A DNA stretch of 64,000 nucleotides from Candidatus Poribacteria bacterium. Lineage in GTDB: Bacteria; Poribacteria; WGA-4E; WGA-3G. Each line of letters opens with the position of its first letter. Within the stretch, counting starts at the first letter, position 1. The notes beneath the pieces were generated by a model. It did no database searches and was not told the origin of the DNA. It was given only the letters and a program-made list of their open reading frames with translations. A program made the position numbers and the translations under genes. The stretch lies in assembly GCA_965242965.1 (NCBI GenBank), contig OZ251518.1, positions 3,744,001 to 3,808,000 on the forward strand. The letters are read 5' to 3'. This document shows, in pieces, positions 31,601 to 41,084 of this stretch.

Positions 31601-32266
31601 CAGCGCGTGCAATTCTGCACCCAGTTCCATCGCCTGTTCCCCTTCCGCTTGCCCTAGGCGCGCCTGAGCCAGTTTCATCAGCACGACAACGTTCGCCGGC
31701 GAGATGTCGTGTAGTGCTTGGAGATGCGTCACCGCCTCCCGCAGTGCCTCCTGATTGTTCCGCTGTCCGAGGTAGTGGCGCGCCAGTTTATAGCGAAATT
31801 CAAGGTTATCCGGGGCGAGGCGTACCGCCTCCGTCATCGCCTCAACCGCCAGTGCCGTTTTCCTCTGCAACTGATAAACCTCCGATAAAATGAAGTGGAG
31901 TTCGCTATCCATCGGTGCCACCTGAATGCCCTGTTTTACCGTCGTCTCAGCCGCATCCGCCTGCTGCAACCGTAAATGCGCGACAGCCAGATTACCATAG
32001 CCTATCGCCTCATCAGGCAGCAGTTTGATAAGTGCTTCAAACGCCGCAATAGCCTTAGACGGTTGAGATTCTTCCAGATACGCAAGCCCCAGATTCTGAT
32101 GTCGGACAGCGTTCTCAATGATTTCAGAGTTGTCCATCTTTTGCGCGATAGTAGCACCAACTGAAGTTAACCAGAGCAGCAGTGCGCACCATACGACGCA
32201 TCGTAAGCGCAATGTCGTAGAACAGGCACCTGCCCTACCGTTTGAACGTGATAAAGTCAGTTCCAT
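28664..32266 (-). CDS. Secreted TPR + FG-GAP/VCBS + ASPIC/UnbV (CRTAC1-like) protein
   Basis: Signal peptide, TPR repeats, many DxDxDGxxD motifs, HFGLG...VRVVWTNG, KGSCPFLY domain; start at 32266 overlaps the upstream stop (TAATG). Confidence 0.88.
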   Translation of the reverse strand: MELTLSRSNGRAGACSTTLRLRCVVWCALLLWLTSVGATIAQKMDNSEIIENAVRHQNLGLAYLEESQPSKAIAAFEALIKLLPDEAIGYGNLAVAHLRLQQADAAETTVKQGIQVAPMDSELHFILSEVYQLQRKTALAVEAMTEAVRLAPDNLEFRYKLARHYLGQRNNQEALREAVTHLQALHDISPANVVVLMKLAQARLGQAEGEQAMELGAELHALLWDTDAEKLKYLTEGMALIEQGDVKTASRNFRIFENLHRATPRYQQGIGELVTDILGHPIERFSPGFKARLTAKHTEPIRVQFVDVTSELGLGNLRVSTDTGVASVSLADYDGDGKLDMYVAPIGTLFRNEGEKFIRAYQFPALGEHSAAFADIDKDGTQELLLSTSEGIVLARLQEASFAEQTEILSNADTVGRGHVPLLLPIDAEHDGDLDLVSGGELQMYRNNGDGTFTDVSEQTFLQDTVGEGTGTRDASVATAALAADFDDDGDIDIFVTHEETGSTLWDNLRQGRLRARTDDIGIAQDAHYAAATVGDYDNDGDIDIFLTAEKGYHLYLNGSDANFVQERSSGFPYPLQAGARVTTVRNLDYDNDGFVDVWMIGELGMALLRNDGTGRFTEVQDVLPPDIIGITGAVGDVDNDGALDLVVIDNEGSLRVLQNRGGNENNWIQVKLEGITAGNNKINRDGLGSKLEVKVGDLYQVQYVSQQVSHFGLGAFEAADVVRVVWTNGVPQNVIAPKARQRILEKQVLKGSCPFLYVYDGERYRFVTDLLWRAPLGLVTSMGFVAPDETKDFVKIPASHIQPKSGRYSVQITEELWETAYFDVVKLITVDHPEGTDIFTNEQYTPPPFAEFKVYGVAEKLHPSTAFNHRGEDVSDALRAVDYRYAVEHAPGPHQGVVEPHAIILNLAVEGSATSHPVGRGPVPSDAQAATDSDTPVTLYLSGWIFPTDTSINVALYQNPAISPKFPSVSVKNEAGEWETVIEMIGLPAGKNKTITVDMTGKFLSDDRQVRIDTDLQIYWDAAFFTVGEQDVPMEITELTPDSADLHYRGFSEMYRPTPHAPHLFDYEKVTPAAQWRDLAGHYTRYGDVNPLLQAVDDMYVILNAGDEITVEFDAARLQKLKPGWVRDFILYSDGWDKDGDINTLTSQTVEPLPFHGMSAYPYPDTEHYPDDAAHRRYRLEYNTRRVTHRLPPLTEFDD

Positions 32267-32526
32267 TATTCCTCCTCTTTCCCAATGTCCTCGCCAGCCA
32301 TCAGAATCGCCTGTCGGAGTGCGTTCCGCCGGTGCTTCAGCGAGTCCTCCAGCCCCTTCAGATGCAGGAGCCAAGAGTCTTTCGATTCGCCCTCCGCCGT
32401 GCCAAATCCATCAGTCATCGCGAGGCGGATATATTTCAACCGTTCAGTCTGAAGCACCTTGACTTGTGCGTCATAGTCTTCAATGCCCGATGCAAGTAGC
32501 GTAGCAAGTTCACGGATTTTTTCCAA
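32266..32526 (-). CDS. Small helical hypothetical protein, translationally coupled to the TPR/CRTAC1 gene
   Basis: TTG start with GGAGGA; its stop overlaps the next ATG. Confidence 0.7.
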   Translation of the reverse strand: MEKIRELATLLASGIEDYDAQVKVLQTERLKYIRLAMTDGFGTAEGESKDSWLLHLKGLEDSLKHRRNALRQAILMAGEDIGKEEE

Positions 32527-32701
32527 AGTTTGTCCTCCAGAATTAGAACTTGGACATTTTGAGATATGTTAACATTCTATTGTAGCCTATTGCGCGTTTT
32601 TATGCAAATGTCAAAAAAACACCTATTTTTCATGCTCTCCGACAAGCCAGAAGCCGTCAGCGGGGCAAACTAAATGTCCTGCAAAAACCGCCGCGTTTTT
32701 C

Positions 32702-32730
32702 TTGACAAAAGAAGCATCTGGTGGTATAAT
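32702..32730 (+). promoter_or_regulatory. Consensus extended sigma70 promoter of the first RM gene
   Basis: TTGACA, 17 bp spacer, TGg-TATAAT. Confidence 0.8.
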
Positions 32731-32768
32731 GTTATTGTTCAAAAATCACGGAAAGGAAAAACCGCGTT

Positions 32769-35561
32769 ATGCCGCAAACCGACATCATCCAAACCATTCT
32801 GAAAGACAGCAGTTACCACCTCAGTCTCTTCACGGAAACCGAGATTGAGGCGTTGCGCAAGAGAATCTTCACGCAAACGGTGGAAGATAATCCTGCCGCG
32901 TTTGTCACCTGCGCTATCCGCAATAGGGCGATTCAACTGAAACCGGAAGAACTCATCCGCCAACTTTACGTGGCGCGGCTCTTGAACCAGTACGGCTATA
33001 CCCCAGACCGGGTGGCATTGGAGTATCCTGTCAGTTTTGGACGGGAACGGAAACGTGCCGATATCGTCATCGTTGACAAAGACCGGCCGGATACCCCCTA
33101 TATCATCGTTGAGGTGAAAAAGCCGAAACTCTTAGAGGGCAAAACGCAACTTCGTTCCTATTGCAACGCCACCGGCGCGCCTATCGGGGTGTGGACAAAC
33201 GGACAGCACATCTCCCACTACCACCGCAGAGAACCGAATTACTTCGAGGAGATTACCGATATTCCAAACGTGCACCAGGCACTTTCGGATATCCTAAGTG
33301 AACGTTTCACCCTCAAAAACCTCATCCTCAAGGATAAACTCTCCATGGAGCGGAAATCGTTGAAGGACATTGTCTTGGAACTAGAAGACGAAGTCCTCTC
33401 CAATGCGGGGGTTGATGTCTTCGAGGAAGTCTTCAAACTCATTTTTGCCAAACTCTACGATGAGTTTAAGAGTCAAGAAGACAAAGCGTTTATCTCTCGC
33501 CTCCTACGGCAGAACGTGAGAATGACTGCACAAGAACAAAGCAGTGCTAACGCTCTTGATGTTGCGGACTCTGATGCCGTTAAGAAGGCAGTTGAGGAAA
33601 TTCCGAATGATGATTTTCGTGTTTTGGAATTCAGAAACACTGGGCAAACGGATGCCGAACTGAAAGCCAAAATCCAACGCCTTTTTGATGAGGCGAAAAA
33701 TCATTGGCAAGGCGTTTTTCCAGAGGCTTCAACGTTTGAACTCTCCGACAGCCATCTCGCCGTCTGCGTCTCTAGTCTGCAAGACGTAAAAATGTTCAAT
33801 TCCAATCTGCAGGTGGTAGATGAAGCGTTTGAATATCTGGTGAGCAAATCCGCGAAAGGCGAAAAGGGACAATACTTCACGCCGCGTCATGTCATCGACA
33901 TGTGCGTGAAAATGCTCAATCCGCAGCCCGGCGACTCCATGATTGATACCGCCGCCGGGAGCTGTGGATTTCCGGTACATACGATTTTCAAACTCACCGG
34001 CACCTTGTTTAGCACGGGCGATATCGCTGCGGCGGACAAGCAGCATATCCGCAAGGTGTTTGGCATTGACTTTGACGAGAAGACGGTGCGCGTTGCGCGG
34101 ACGCTCAATCTAATTGCAGGCGATGGCGAGGCGAATGTGTTGCACCTGAATACGCTAGACTATGAACGCTGGAGTGACTGGACAGAACGCGATAAACAGT
34201 GGATTATCACCTATAGTGGTGGGTTCAAGCGGTTGGAAGGCTTCAGAGCCGAGCCTGGGGAAAACCGGCGGTTTCACTTTGATATCCTCATGGCAAATCC
34301 ACCGTTCGCGGGGGACATTAAGGAACGCCGCATCTTGCAACGGTATCGCCTTGGTTCTAAGCCAAACGGCAAAATGCAGACCAAGGTTGGGCGCGATGTG
34401 TTGTTTATTGAGCGGAATTTAGATTTCCTCAAACCGGGTGGACGGATGGCGATTGTCCTTCCCCAAGGAAAATTTAGTGCCCCTATGCACCGACATATCC
34501 GCGAATTTATCATGGAGCAGGCGCGCATCTTGGCTGTCGTCAGTTTGCATGAGAATACGTTCAAACCGCACACCAGTCCCAAAACGAGTCTCTTATTCGT
34601 GCAAAAATGGAACGATGAACCGGGCCAGGGCCCGCTGTGCCCAAAGGTGGATAACTATCCTATTTTCTTCGCCGTGAGCGAAAAAGGCGGCAAAGATACC
34701 TCCGGCAACTATATCTATTTCAAAGATGGTGACGGTGACTGCAAGTTCGACAAAAATGGGCATCTCACTGTTGCGCATGATTTGCACAATCACGATGGTG
34801 AACTGCCTGATGGCATCGCTGAGTCTTTCATGGCGTGGGCGAAACGGGAGAACCTCTCTTTTTGGCAATCCAATAATTCAACGGAGTGGGCTCCCATCCC
34901 CGGTCTCACGTTTGAGAAGGATTACGTCAATGTCCAGTCTGCCGGGCGTATTGACGCGGATTATTTCCAGCCGAAATACGAGCGAATTGAAGCGGCGATT
35001 AAGAGATATCCGCAGGGGTATACCCGCATTCGCGACGAATTTGAGCACAACAAAAGCACCTTCAACATTGAACCGGAGAAAGTGTATCGCTACGTAGAAA
35101 TCGGGAGCGTCAATCCGGTTACCGGGGATATCACCGCTCAGGAGGTGTTGGGCAAAGATTTGCCGGCGAATGCAAAGCGCGTGCTGAGAAAGGGGGACAT
35201 CATCGTCTCGAAAGTCCGCACCTACCGAGGCGCGATTACCATTGTCCAAGAAGATGGGTATGTCGGCAGCGGCGCGTTTTGTGTCTTGCGAGAAAATGGA
35301 CGGGTTAACAAGGAGACGTTGCTTTCGTGTTTATGCTCAGACGTTTTTCTACCCTGGTCTTTGAAACCGAGCACCGGCACCTCCTATCCTATCTTGGATG
35401 ACGATGACATTCTGGATTTTCCGATTCCGTTGCTCTCTCCAGCGGAGCAGGCGCAGATTAAACAAAGTGTCACAGCATCCTTTGACTTGCTGCGGGAATC
35501 CAAAGCGTTGCGGCTGCGGTGTAAGCAGGCGATGGAAATCGCGATGGGGCTAGAAGATTAA
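32769..35561 (+). CDS. RM copy 1: HsdR-N-type nuclease + N6-adenine methyltransferase + fused single TRD
   Basis: KPEE...RADIV...VEVKKP; GQYFTPR, DTAAGSCGF, NPPF; C-terminal RIDADYFQPKY...GTSYP half-S domain. Confidence 0.9.
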   Translation: MPQTDIIQTILKDSSYHLSLFTETEIEALRKRIFTQTVEDNPAAFVTCAIRNRAIQLKPEELIRQLYVARLLNQYGYTPDRVALEYPVSFGRERKRADIVIVDKDRPDTPYIIVEVKKPKLLEGKTQLRSYCNATGAPIGVWTNGQHISHYHRREPNYFEEITDIPNVHQALSDILSERFTLKNLILKDKLSMERKSLKDIVLELEDEVLSNAGVDVFEEVFKLIFAKLYDEFKSQEDKAFISRLLRQNVRMTAQEQSSANALDVADSDAVKKAVEEIPNDDFRVLEFRNTGQTDAELKAKIQRLFDEAKNHWQGVFPEASTFELSDSHLAVCVSSLQDVKMFNSNLQVVDEAFEYLVSKSAKGEKGQYFTPRHVIDMCVKMLNPQPGDSMIDTAAGSCGFPVHTIFKLTGTLFSTGDIAAADKQHIRKVFGIDFDEKTVRVARTLNLIAGDGEANVLHLNTLDYERWSDWTERDKQWIITYSGGFKRLEGFRAEPGENRRFHFDILMANPPFAGDIKERRILQRYRLGSKPNGKMQTKVGRDVLFIERNLDFLKPGGRMAIVLPQGKFSAPMHRHIREFIMEQARILAVVSLHENTFKPHTSPKTSLLFVQKWNDEPGQGPLCPKVDNYPIFFAVSEKGGKDTSGNYIYFKDGDGDCKFDKNGHLTVAHDLHNHDGELPDGIAESFMAWAKRENLSFWQSNNSTEWAPIPGLTFEKDYVNVQSAGRIDADYFQPKYERIEAAIKRYPQGYTRIRDEFEHNKSTFNIEPEKVYRYVEIGSVNPVTGDITAQEVLGKDLPANAKRVLRKGDIIVSKVRTYRGAITIVQEDGYVGSGAFCVLRENGRVNKETLLSCLCSDVFLPWSLKPSTGTSYPILDDDDILDFPIPLLSPAEQAQIKQSVTASFDLLRESKALRLRCKQAMEIAMGLED

Positions 35562-35706
35562 AACGCCGCGTTTTTTAGTTTGCCATTTTTTAGTTTTTGT
35601 GGTATCCTATAATTGCTTGGGTTCGTGAAACGGCCGCGGCGAAAAGGCGGCACTCGGCCCTGGCACAGTGTATGACTGAGCGCGTCGCGTTCACTTGCGT
35701 TGAAAC
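35561..35706 (+). promoter_or_regulatory. Duplicated promoter and leader upstream of RM copy 2
   Basis: TTGCCA, 17 bp spacer, TGg-TATCCT; near-identical to 38681-38825. Confidence 0.6.
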
Positions 35707-35707
35707 T

Positions 35708-35850
35708 TGTAGGTCAGGATCGCCAGATCCTGACCTGTTCGGGAGCGGGCGCTCCCGAACTACAGAGGTGGGCCCGAGGCATTCCGGTAGGAGGGACCTC
35801 CTTGTCCCGATACGCACCACATCGAGACCAGGAGGTCTCTCCTACTGGGA
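35708..35850. repeat. GTAG-REP hairpin cluster in the leader of RM copy 2
   Basis: GTAGGTCAGGATCGCCAGATCCTGACC, TTCGGGAGCGGGCGCTCCCGAACTAC and GAGACCAGGAGGTCTCTCCTAC. Confidence 0.8.
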
Positions 35851-35882
35851 AGACATTGATCAGTTAATCAGGGAACGTAGTT

Positions 35883-38681
35883 ATGCCGCAAACCGACATC
35901 ATCCAAACCATTCTGAAAGACAGCAGTTACCACCTCAGTCTCTTCACGGAAGCCGAGATTGAGGTATTACGCGAGCGAGTCGTGACGCAAACAGTCAGCG
36001 GCAAGCAGACAGCATTCGTGAACTGCGCCGTTCGGAATAAGGCGATTCAACTGAAACCGGAAGAACTCATCCGCCAACTTTACGTGGCACGGCTCCTGAA
36101 CCAGTACGGCTACACCCCAGACCGGGTGGCTCTGGAGTATCCTGTCAGTTTTGGCCGGGAGACGAAGCGCGCCGATATCGTCATCCGCGATAAAGATTGG
36201 CCGGATACTCCCTATCTTATCGTAGAGGTGAAGAAGCCGAAGTTGCAGGATGGCAAGGCACAACTCCGCTCCTATTGTAATGCCACCGGCGCGCCTATCG
36301 GGGTGTGGACAAACGGACAGCACATCTCCCACTACCACCGCAAAGACCCGAACTACTTTGAGGAAATCACCGATATTCCGAGCGCGAACCAAAGTCTCGC
36401 GGACATCCTCAACGAACGGTTTACCTTGAAGGACCTGATTCTCAAGGACAAACTCGTCTCGGCACGGAAATCCTTAAAGGACATCATTTTGGAATTGGAG
36501 GATGAAGTCCTCGCCAACGCCGGTGTAGACGTGTTTGAGGAAGTCTTCAAACTCATCTTTACTAAACTCTACGATGAGTTTAAGAGCCAAGAAGACAAAA
36601 CGTTTATCAACCGCATCCTCCAGCCAAAAACGGCCATCGCGAGCAAAGGTGAAAACGGGACTTACGCGCCTAACAGTCCGGATTATGAGACTATCAAGCG
36701 GGCGATTGAAGGGATTCCTGACGATGGTTACTTTCGGGTTTTGGCGTTCAGAAACACTGGGCAAACGGATGCCGAACTGAAAGCCAAAATCCAACGTCTT
36801 TTTGATGACGCGAAAAATCATTGGCAAGGTGTTTTTCCAGAGGGTTCAACGTTTGAACTCTCCGACAGCCATCTTGCTGTCTGCGTCTCCAGTTTGCAGG
36901 ATGTGAAGTTATTTGACTCAAATCTGCAGGTAGTCGATGAGGCGTTTGAATATCTGGTGAGCAAATCCGCGAAAGGGGAAAAGGGACAATACTTCACGCC
37001 GCGCCATGTCATCGACATGTGCGTGAAAATGCTCAATCCACAGCCCGGCGACTCCATGATTGATACCGCCGCCGGGAGTTGTGGGTTTCCGGTGCATACG
37101 ATTTTCAAACTCACCGGCACCTTGTTTCCTGCAGGCGACAGCACGCCGGCGGACAAGCGACATATCCGCAAGGTGTTTGGTATTGACTTTGACGAGAAGA
37201 CGGTGCGCGTTGCGCGGACGCTCAACCTGATTGCGGGTGATGGCGAGGCGAATGTGTTGCACCTGAACACGCTTGACTATGAACGCTGGAGCGACTCGAC
37301 AGAACGCGATAAACAGTGGATTATCACCTATAGCGGTGGGTTCAAGCGGTTGGAAGGCTTCAGAGCCGAGCCTGCGGAAGACCGGCGGTTTTCCTTTGAC
37401 ATCCTCATGGCAAATCCCCCTTTTTCTGGTGAGATTAAGGAGAGCCGCATCCTACATCAATACCGCCTCGGCTTTAAGCCAAACGGCAAAGCGCAAGCCA
37501 GGGTGAAGCGCGATATTTTGTTCATTGAGCGGAATTTGGATTTCCTCAAGCCGGGTGGACGGATGGCGATTGTGCTACCCCAAGGCAGGTTCAACAATCC
37601 TTCCGACAAATATATCCGCGATTTTATTGCCGAGCGTGCTCGCATATTGGCTGTTGTCGGATTGGACATTAACGTGTTCAAACCGCACACCGGCACGAAA
37701 ACCAGCGTGCTGTTTGTCCAAAAGTGGAACGATAACGCCGCTGATGGGCCTCTATGTCGCAAAGTAGATGACTACCCCATCTTCTTCGCCGTGAGTGAAA
37801 AAGGTGGCAAGGATACCTCCGGCGACTATATCTATCTCGAAAATGGTGATGGAGATTACAAACTCGACAAAAACAGGCATCTCATTGTTGCGCATGATTT
37901 GCACAATCACGATGGTGAACTGCCTGATGGCATCGCCGAGTCTTTCATGGCGTGGGCGAAACAGGAGAACCTCTCTTTTTGGCAATCCAACGATGCAGCG
38001 CAATGGGCTCCCATCCCCGGTCTCACGTTTGAGAAGAATTACGCCGATGTCCAGCACGCTGAACGGATTGACGCAGACTACTTCCAACCGAAATATGATG
38101 ACATCGTGAATGCCATCCAAACCTACCCAGGCGGCTGGGATACCCTCGGAAATCTCGTTCAGTTAGAGGACACCATTTTCAGGCATGCGCGAGAAACCGA
38201 ATACCGGTATATTGAACTTGCCAATATCGGAGCCAATGGCGAGATAACCGGTTGTATGACAGCATTAGGGAAAGATTTGCCGAGCCGCGCACGTCACTTA
38301 GTCAGCACCGGAGATGTCATTGTTTCATCCATAGAAGGCTCTCTGGATAGCATCGCCTTGATTCCAGAGGAATATGACGGGGCCCTCTGTTCAACAGGTT
38401 TCCATGTGATTCGCTCAGATACGCTGGATTCGGAAGTGCTGTTCGCCTTCTTGAAAAGTTGCGCCGGGCAGTTGCAGCTCAAGAAAGGGTGTAGCGGGAC
38501 AATCCTGACTGCCATTAACAAGGCGGAATTCCGTAAGGTGATTTTACCCAAAATTACGGCGGAAAAGCAGGCGGAAATCCGGCAGCAAGTCGCTCAGGCT
38601 GTGAACTTGCGCCGGCAGGCTAACGCGTTACTGGCAGGGAGCACTCAGGCGGTGGACATTGCGATGGGGCTAGAAGATTAA
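35883..38681 (+). CDS. RM copy 2: nuclease + N6-methyltransferase + a different fused single TRD
   Basis: Same motifs as copy 1; C-terminal domain diverges after ERIDADYFQPKY and both end in IAMGLED. Confidence 0.9.
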   Translation: MPQTDIIQTILKDSSYHLSLFTEAEIEVLRERVVTQTVSGKQTAFVNCAVRNKAIQLKPEELIRQLYVARLLNQYGYTPDRVALEYPVSFGRETKRADIVIRDKDWPDTPYLIVEVKKPKLQDGKAQLRSYCNATGAPIGVWTNGQHISHYHRKDPNYFEEITDIPSANQSLADILNERFTLKDLILKDKLVSARKSLKDIILELEDEVLANAGVDVFEEVFKLIFTKLYDEFKSQEDKTFINRILQPKTAIASKGENGTYAPNSPDYETIKRAIEGIPDDGYFRVLAFRNTGQTDAELKAKIQRLFDDAKNHWQGVFPEGSTFELSDSHLAVCVSSLQDVKLFDSNLQVVDEAFEYLVSKSAKGEKGQYFTPRHVIDMCVKMLNPQPGDSMIDTAAGSCGFPVHTIFKLTGTLFPAGDSTPADKRHIRKVFGIDFDEKTVRVARTLNLIAGDGEANVLHLNTLDYERWSDSTERDKQWIITYSGGFKRLEGFRAEPAEDRRFSFDILMANPPFSGEIKESRILHQYRLGFKPNGKAQARVKRDILFIERNLDFLKPGGRMAIVLPQGRFNNPSDKYIRDFIAERARILAVVGLDINVFKPHTGTKTSVLFVQKWNDNAADGPLCRKVDDYPIFFAVSEKGGKDTSGDYIYLENGDGDYKLDKNRHLIVAHDLHNHDGELPDGIAESFMAWAKQENLSFWQSNDAAQWAPIPGLTFEKNYADVQHAERIDADYFQPKYDDIVNAIQTYPGGWDTLGNLVQLEDTIFRHARETEYRYIELANIGANGEITGCMTALGKDLPSRARHLVSTGDVIVSSIEGSLDSIALIPEEYDGALCSTGFHVIRSDTLDSEVLFAFLKSCAGQLQLKKGCSGTILTAINKAEFRKVILPKITAEKQAEIRQQVAQAVNLRRQANALLAGSTQAVDIAMGLED

Positions 38682-38939
38682 AACGCCGCGTTTTTTTGTT
38701 TGCCATTTTTGTCTTTTTGTGGTATCCTATAATTGCCTGGGTTCGTGAACGGCCGCAGCGAAAAGGCGGCACTCGGCCCTGGCGCGATGCATGCTTGAGC
38801 GCGTCGCGTTCACTTGCGTTGAAACACGCAACTCACAAAAAACGGCGGCAGTCAACTTGCGGTTCGGTGCTGCAACGCCGATGAGTTGAGGTGTAGGCAT
38901 TCTTAATCAGCCCACAAAAAGGAGGCATCCGGATAACCC
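38681..38939 (+). promoter_or_regulatory. Promoter and structured 5' leader of RM copy 3
   Basis: Same promoter block as 35561-35706; stems GTGAAC/GTTCAC, TTGCGT/ACGCAA and CAACTCA/TGAGTTG; AGGAGG. Confidence 0.5.
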
Positions 38940-41054
38940 ATGATAGCGAAAGACATCATCAGAGACATCCTGAGGGATAGCGATTACCATCTTGACCTTT
39001 TCACAGAAACCGAGGTTCGGGCTTTACGCGAAAGAATCTATACCGAAACGGTGAAGGGTAAGGAGACGTATTGCATTAGCTGCGCTGTTCGGAATAAGGT
39101 GGTTCAGTTGAAACCCGAAGAACTGATTCGCCAACTCTACGCAACACGGTTGATTGAGACATACGGCTACCCCAAAACGCGATTGGCCTTTGAATACTCT
39201 GTCAGTTTCGGCCGGGAGACGAAGCGCGCTGATATCGTCATCCGCGATAAAGATTGGCTGGATACTCCCTACATTATCATAGAGGTGAAGAAGCCGAAAC
39301 TTGCAGCAGGGAAAAATCAACTCCGTTCCTATTGCAATGCCACCGGCGCGCCTATCGGTGTGTGGACAAACGGTGAAAAGATTTCGCACTACCACCGCAA
39401 AGACCCGAATTACTTTGAGGAAATCACCGATATTCCGAGCGCGAACCAAAGTCTCGCGGACATCCTCAACGAACGGTTTACGTTGAAAGACCTGATTCTC
39501 AAGGACAAACTCGTCTCGGCGCGGAAATCCTTAAAGGACATCATTTTGGAATTGGAGGATGAAGTCCTCGCCAACGCCGGTGTAGATGTTTTTGAGGAAG
39601 TCTTCAAACTCATTTTTACCAAACTCTACGACGAGTCACTGAGCGAAGAAGACAAAACGTTTATCAACCGCGTCCTGCGGCGGAAAACCGGTGCCGCTCT
39701 CCAAGAGGATGACACGCCTTACACGCCTAATAGCCCAAATTATGATGCGATAAAGAGGGCTGTCGAAGCAATCCCTGACGATGGTGACTTTCGCGTCATG
39801 GCGTTCAGAAACACCGGGCAAACCGATGCTGAACTAAAAAAGAAAATTCAACGCCTCTTTGACGAAGCGAAAAACCATTGGAAGGGTGTCTTTCCGGAGG
39901 GTGAAACGTTTCAACTCTCGGACAGTCATCTCGCCGTCTGCGTCTCTAGTTTGCAGGATGTCAAGTTGTTCAACTCAAATCTGCAGGTGGTAGACGAGGC
40001 GTTTGAATATCTAGTGAGCAAATCCGCAAAGGGAGAAAAAGGACAGTATTTCACGCCGCGCCACGTCATTGACATGTGCGTGAAAATGCTCAATCCGCAG
40101 CCCGGCGAATATATGATCGATACGGCTGCCGGAAGTTGCGGATTTCCCGTGCATACCCTTTTCAAACTCACCGGGCATTTGTTCACCAATGCCGAAATAT
40201 CCGAAGAAGATAAGCAGCATGTCCTCAAAGTGTTCGGCATTGACTTTGACGAAAAGACTGTCCGAGTGGCGCGAACCCTTAACTTAATCGCGGGCGACGG
40301 CGAGACCAATGTCCTGCATCTTAACACATTAGATTATGAACGTTGGAACGAAAGAACCGTCGGCGACCCGAGATGGATTATCACCTACGGCAGAGGGTTT
40401 GATCGGTTGAAGGCGTTAAGAGCGGAACAAGACGAAAACAAGCGGTTCAACTTTGATATCCTCATGGCCAATCCCCCGTTTGCTGGAGATATTAAGGAAC
40501 GGCGCATTTTGCAACAGTACCGCCTCGGCTTTAAACCGAACGGCAAAGCGCGAACCAAAGTCGGACGCGACATTCTGTTTATTGAGCGGAACCTTGATTT
40601 CCTTAAACCCGGTGGACGGATGGCGATAGTGCTACCACAAGGCCGCCTCAACAACACATCTGAAAAGTATATCCGCGATTTTATCGCCGAGCACACGCGA
40701 ATCCTCGCTGTCGTTGGTTTGAATCGGAACACTTTTAAACCACACACCGGCACCAAAACCAGCGTTTTGTTCCTCCAAAAATGGAACGACGACCCGAGCA
40801 AGGGACCGCTCTGCCCCAGAGTTGATGACTACCCAACCTTTTTGGCCATCAGTGAAAAAGGCGGAAAGGATAACTCGGGCGAGTATGTTTGCCTCACAAA
40901 TCAAAACGGACAACCCAAGTTGGACGAAAATGGACATCTCATTGTTGAGCATGACCTGCACAATCACAATGGTGAACTGCCCGATGGCATCGCCGAAGCC
41001 TTTATTGAATGGGCGAAAAGCGAAAAGTTGTCCTTTTGGGAAGACACCGAATGA
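38940..41054 (+). CDS. RM copy 3: nuclease + N6-methyltransferase without fused TRD (Type IIB A-subunit-like)
   Basis: Same motifs; ends FWEDTE-TGA at the point where copies 1 and 2 continue into a TRD. Confidence 0.9.
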   Translation: MIAKDIIRDILRDSDYHLDLFTETEVRALRERIYTETVKGKETYCISCAVRNKVVQLKPEELIRQLYATRLIETYGYPKTRLAFEYSVSFGRETKRADIVIRDKDWLDTPYIIIEVKKPKLAAGKNQLRSYCNATGAPIGVWTNGEKISHYHRKDPNYFEEITDIPSANQSLADILNERFTLKDLILKDKLVSARKSLKDIILELEDEVLANAGVDVFEEVFKLIFTKLYDESLSEEDKTFINRVLRRKTGAALQEDDTPYTPNSPNYDAIKRAVEAIPDDGDFRVMAFRNTGQTDAELKKKIQRLFDEAKNHWKGVFPEGETFQLSDSHLAVCVSSLQDVKLFNSNLQVVDEAFEYLVSKSAKGEKGQYFTPRHVIDMCVKMLNPQPGEYMIDTAAGSCGFPVHTLFKLTGHLFTNAEISEEDKQHVLKVFGIDFDEKTVRVARTLNLIAGDGETNVLHLNTLDYERWNERTVGDPRWIITYGRGFDRLKALRAEQDENKRFNFDILMANPPFAGDIKERRILQQYRLGFKPNGKARTKVGRDILFIERNLDFLKPGGRMAIVLPQGRLNNTSEKYIRDFIAEHTRILAVVGLNRNTFKPHTGTKTSVLFLQKWNDDPSKGPLCPRVDDYPTFLAISEKGGKDNSGEYVCLTNQNGQPKLDENGHLIVEHDLHNHNGELPDGIAEAFIEWAKSEKLSFWEDTE

Positions 41055-41084
41055 CAGTTAAAAGAGACTGTCCTGGACGGACGA

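Noticed and set aside
35597-35962. MWYPIIAWVRE ORF and its twin at 38696-38884
   Set aside because: It overlaps the -10 box of the duplicated promoter and the two copies differ by a frameshifting indel, so the conservation is at DNA/RNA level.
41052-41054. Selenocysteine or genome-wide UGA reassignment
   Set aside because: The position is a non-catalytic linker, I see no convincing SECIS hairpin, and many other genes here end normally at TGA.
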